A stretch of DNA of 64,000 nucleotides from Lama guanicoe (taxonomy: Eukaryota), in assembly GCA_013239625.1 (NCBI GenBank), contig MU053472.1, forward strand, positions 2,453,822-2,517,821, written 5' to 3'. Of this stretch, positions 60,883 through 64,000 are shown in pieces. Under the pieces are notes generated by a model. That model searched no databases. It was not told where the DNA came from and worked only from the letters and a program-made list of their open reading frames with translations. Made by a program: the position numbers and the translations under genes. The number at the start of each line of letters is the position of its first letter. The stretch's first letter is position 1.

Positions 60883-62984
60883 AGTCATCCTAATTCCTAG
60901 ATTTTTATTTCATTAATTCAGTAGTTTTCAAAACTATGTTTCTTGAGAACTACTTGGAGATCTTTAAAAAAATTCCAAAGCCCAGACCATTCTCCCAGGT
61001 TAAAACATAGGCATCCATATTTTTTTAATTTCACAAGGTGATTCCACATCCAGATAAGTTTGGGAACCAATGCATTAATCTATGGTCCTAAAGCCCTCAT
61101 AGTAATTTTTTAATTTCTTATATTTATAGGTATAATTTGAATATTAAGTATTCTTAACATATTTCCATGATCAAAATATGTATATTAAAATCCAGAATAT
61201 AACATCTCATCTGTGAAGTTCGTATATACTTCTGCTTACTTAATGAACACACTGTTTACATTCTACAGTAAAGAATATTTAGAAAGCAACTACATTATTC
61301 TGGGTTTACAACTTCAAGTGCTTGCCAAGTGCAGTATTTCCCTAACATTTAAAAATTTTAAGTCTTCTGTTCTACTATTTCCTATCACTTAAAAAGATGT
61401 AGGTACAGGATATATAATGGTCTACAGCATCCACTATCTGTCTTCATATTTTTTATGCCCAAATCCAGCTCCAACACCAGCAAGATGTAATGAACTTGGA
61501 CAAGTTCCTTAACCTCCCTGTGCTTCAGATTTAAAAACTGTGAAGTCAGAATAACAAGGTTGTTGTGAGAATTGATTTAATACGATTAAGCTCTGATTTC
61601 AAATACTACCTGGCCACCTCTGCTTAAGTAAAGGTTTCTCATTCCCTTCTCCCCTTCAGAAAAAAAAAGTCTCTATTATCGTTAGTATCTAAATCCAATA
61701 GTTGAAAAAGATTTGTATAAGCCTGTAAGAACCATAGTAAGAAATAATACTAAAAAAATCTTAACAGGGAGGAAAAAGAGAGAAAGAAGTCATTCTTAGC
61801 ACTTAATTTTTCCCATAAATGTTTCTGGAAAACATGAGAAGTACAAAACTAACCATGCAAATCCTAATGACTCAAGCATCACAGAGAAATTTCATGGGTC
61901 GTAAGTATTATTATATCATCACCTAAGACTTCAGAATGCGTAATAATCTTGATGACAGACATTTATGATAGACCAGCATAGAAAGGTTGAAGGGAGAAAA
62001 AATAGGACAGGCTGCCCAACCTAGCAAGTAGTGGATATTTTGACAGAGGTAGAGGTTTCCCCTACCTTTGAGATGCTAGAGCACACTCATAACTTGGCAT
62101 ACAATTCCAAGAGGGTTCAGAAAATATCTTTTACCAATAAACACTACGAACCTCAGCTGGGCTTAAAGCCCTAGAACTAAGCAGTTAATGGAATAACCTA
62201 TATACACATGATTATTGCGCACTTGTAAATGTGGCCAGTCCATGCTGAGATGTCTAAGTATAGAATTTATATTAGATTTCAAAGACACAGTTTAAAAAGT
62301 AAAATACCTCATTAATACCATTTGCATATGTAATTACATGCTGAAATACTGAATATACTGGTTTAAATATATATAAATTAATTTCACTTTTTCCACTTGT
62401 TTTAATGTGCCTACAACATTTAAAATTATATGTGACTCACGTTATATTTGTATTAGACAGCATTACCTTAGAAAACAAGAAAGGAATTGAGTCCTTAGAA
62501 GACGTAATAGTGACAGCTTTTAGTTCCCTAATTCAGGTTTTCAGAGGTACTGAGGAACACAACTAAAGAACATCCTAGAGCTACATATAATGGCTACTAA
62601 TATACCTCCAGAGGGGACTTTAATCTCACGATGCTTATATTTAATTAAAATGGAGATTAAGAGACTGTGTAAAAGCCACAGGTGTGGTGGAGAATAAACA
62701 TTGCTCTATGGGTGAAATATAAAATATATTCTTTCATTTACTGCCTTAAAAAAAAAAAACCCCAACCTTGAATGACTTATTTAGTGAAGCTCCTGAAGTA
62801 TTATTTTAATCATAAGTATAAAGGCTCTGGTGTAAGCAATGTCATCCAGAAAAACTTTCTGCAACGATGAAAATGTTTTATATTTGTATTTTCTCTGAGG
62901 AGCACATCTACTGCCTTAAGCTCAGAATTACAAGTTTTCATTTTAAATCTTGGGAATCACCTTGACTTCTTAAAACTATATAAA

Positions 62985-63450
62985 TGTATATAGTGAACAC
63001 TGCTAATTGCCTCCTTGGTATCTATTTCCCCTTCTCCCAATTGACTGCCTACCTAACATCTACTCTCCATTTTTTTCTTACTAACCAGAACCTTATTTTG
63101 TTCAGAGAAGCAACATTCCCACACAAAAAGTATTTATTTCTCTCAGTACAGTCAATGATCTGTTAGCTAAAGTTTCCAGAAAAGAATCTTTCTGATCCAA
63201 GGGTCACCCTTTCCCACTTCCTCCCTCTTCCTGCCTGGAATCCAGTGAGTGAGGCCCTGGAGGTACAACACTTATAGGGACCAGGAGGATAAAAGCCAAA
63301 AGCTAAAGATGACAGAGTAGAAAACGCCAGGGAGCCTGAATTTTGATGACATTACTGCATAGATTATCTACCTCCAGACTCCTTGCCGTCGAGAAAAACG
63401 AAACCCTACAGAAGCCAGGTAGTTAGGTTTCCTACCATCTGCAGCTTATA
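62985..63450 (+). mobile_element. ERVL-type LTR remnant (LTR16-like)
   Basis: ttcctccctcttcctgcctggaat...aagctaaagatgacagagtagaaa...ggagcctgaattttgatgacatt...ctacctccagactcctt. Confidence 0.5.
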
Positions 63451-64000
63451 GAATTAACTCTTTTGTTGACAACAATGATGTATTTTCCGAGGGGAAAAAA
63501 AGTCTCGATGCGTCCAAGCTTGCCAGTGTCCACTCTACTAAAACTGAAAAGATAGGTAGTTTGGAAAAACTCCAGGTGCACATGAAAAAACGTGCACATG
63601 ACATAAAAATGACATCTCAACAAAGATTGCAATCACAACCAGATGTTTCCTTCATATCCTCACGTCTTCTAGGGAAAACAAACAAACCTCCTTCATCTTC
63701 TCCCACTTCCCATCTTATTCACTGCTATTTCATCTCCCTTGAAGTCTCACTAATTCAACAACTGCTTGGAACTAAATCTTCTAACAGCTTTTGCCTTATA
63801 ATATTGAAATTACAGAGAACAGTAGTAACCTAAAGCTTTTAACCAAATAGGTCTTAAAATCTTCTGTGCCTCCATCTGCAACTACTGTATAAATTAGTGT
63901 CACAAATTTGCTTAATTCAAATGTGAAGAAAATTATAAATACCCCAAAAGGACATGTCTTATATAGAAAAAACAAATTTAAATTACTTCAATATAAAGCA

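Overview
Mammalian, AT-rich genomic DNA, most likely camelid judging by two tRNA-derived Vic-1-like SINEs and a camelid-type L1 3' end. The whole window lies inside MED13 (Mediator kinase-module subunit 13) on the minus strand. I located 23 consecutive GT-AG coding exons from 51093 down to 1312 (5498 nt in total). They splice in frame and correspond to exons 4-26, numbered by analogy to human from memory; exons 1-3 and 27-30 lie outside the window. The introns hold ordinary mammalian repeats: L1, L2, MIR, MaLR/ERVL LTRs, and hAT-Charlie and TcMar-Tigger elements. Things not shown by the ORF track: (i) a full-length, decayed TCEAL9/WBP5 processed pseudogene with TSDs in intron 3; (ii) a 5'-truncated L1 carrying about 470 nt of probable 3'-transduced DNA, with a perfect 12-bp TSD, splitting a MER3; (iii) a roughly 46-nt orphan polyadenylated insertion inside a Tigger1 derivative; (iv) apparent loss of the S749-P750 proline-directed phosphosite; (v) several speculative cryptic or recursive exon candidates; and (vi) an assembly-gap false duplication. 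I see no support for a wholly new biological system. Most other ORFs in the track are spurious.
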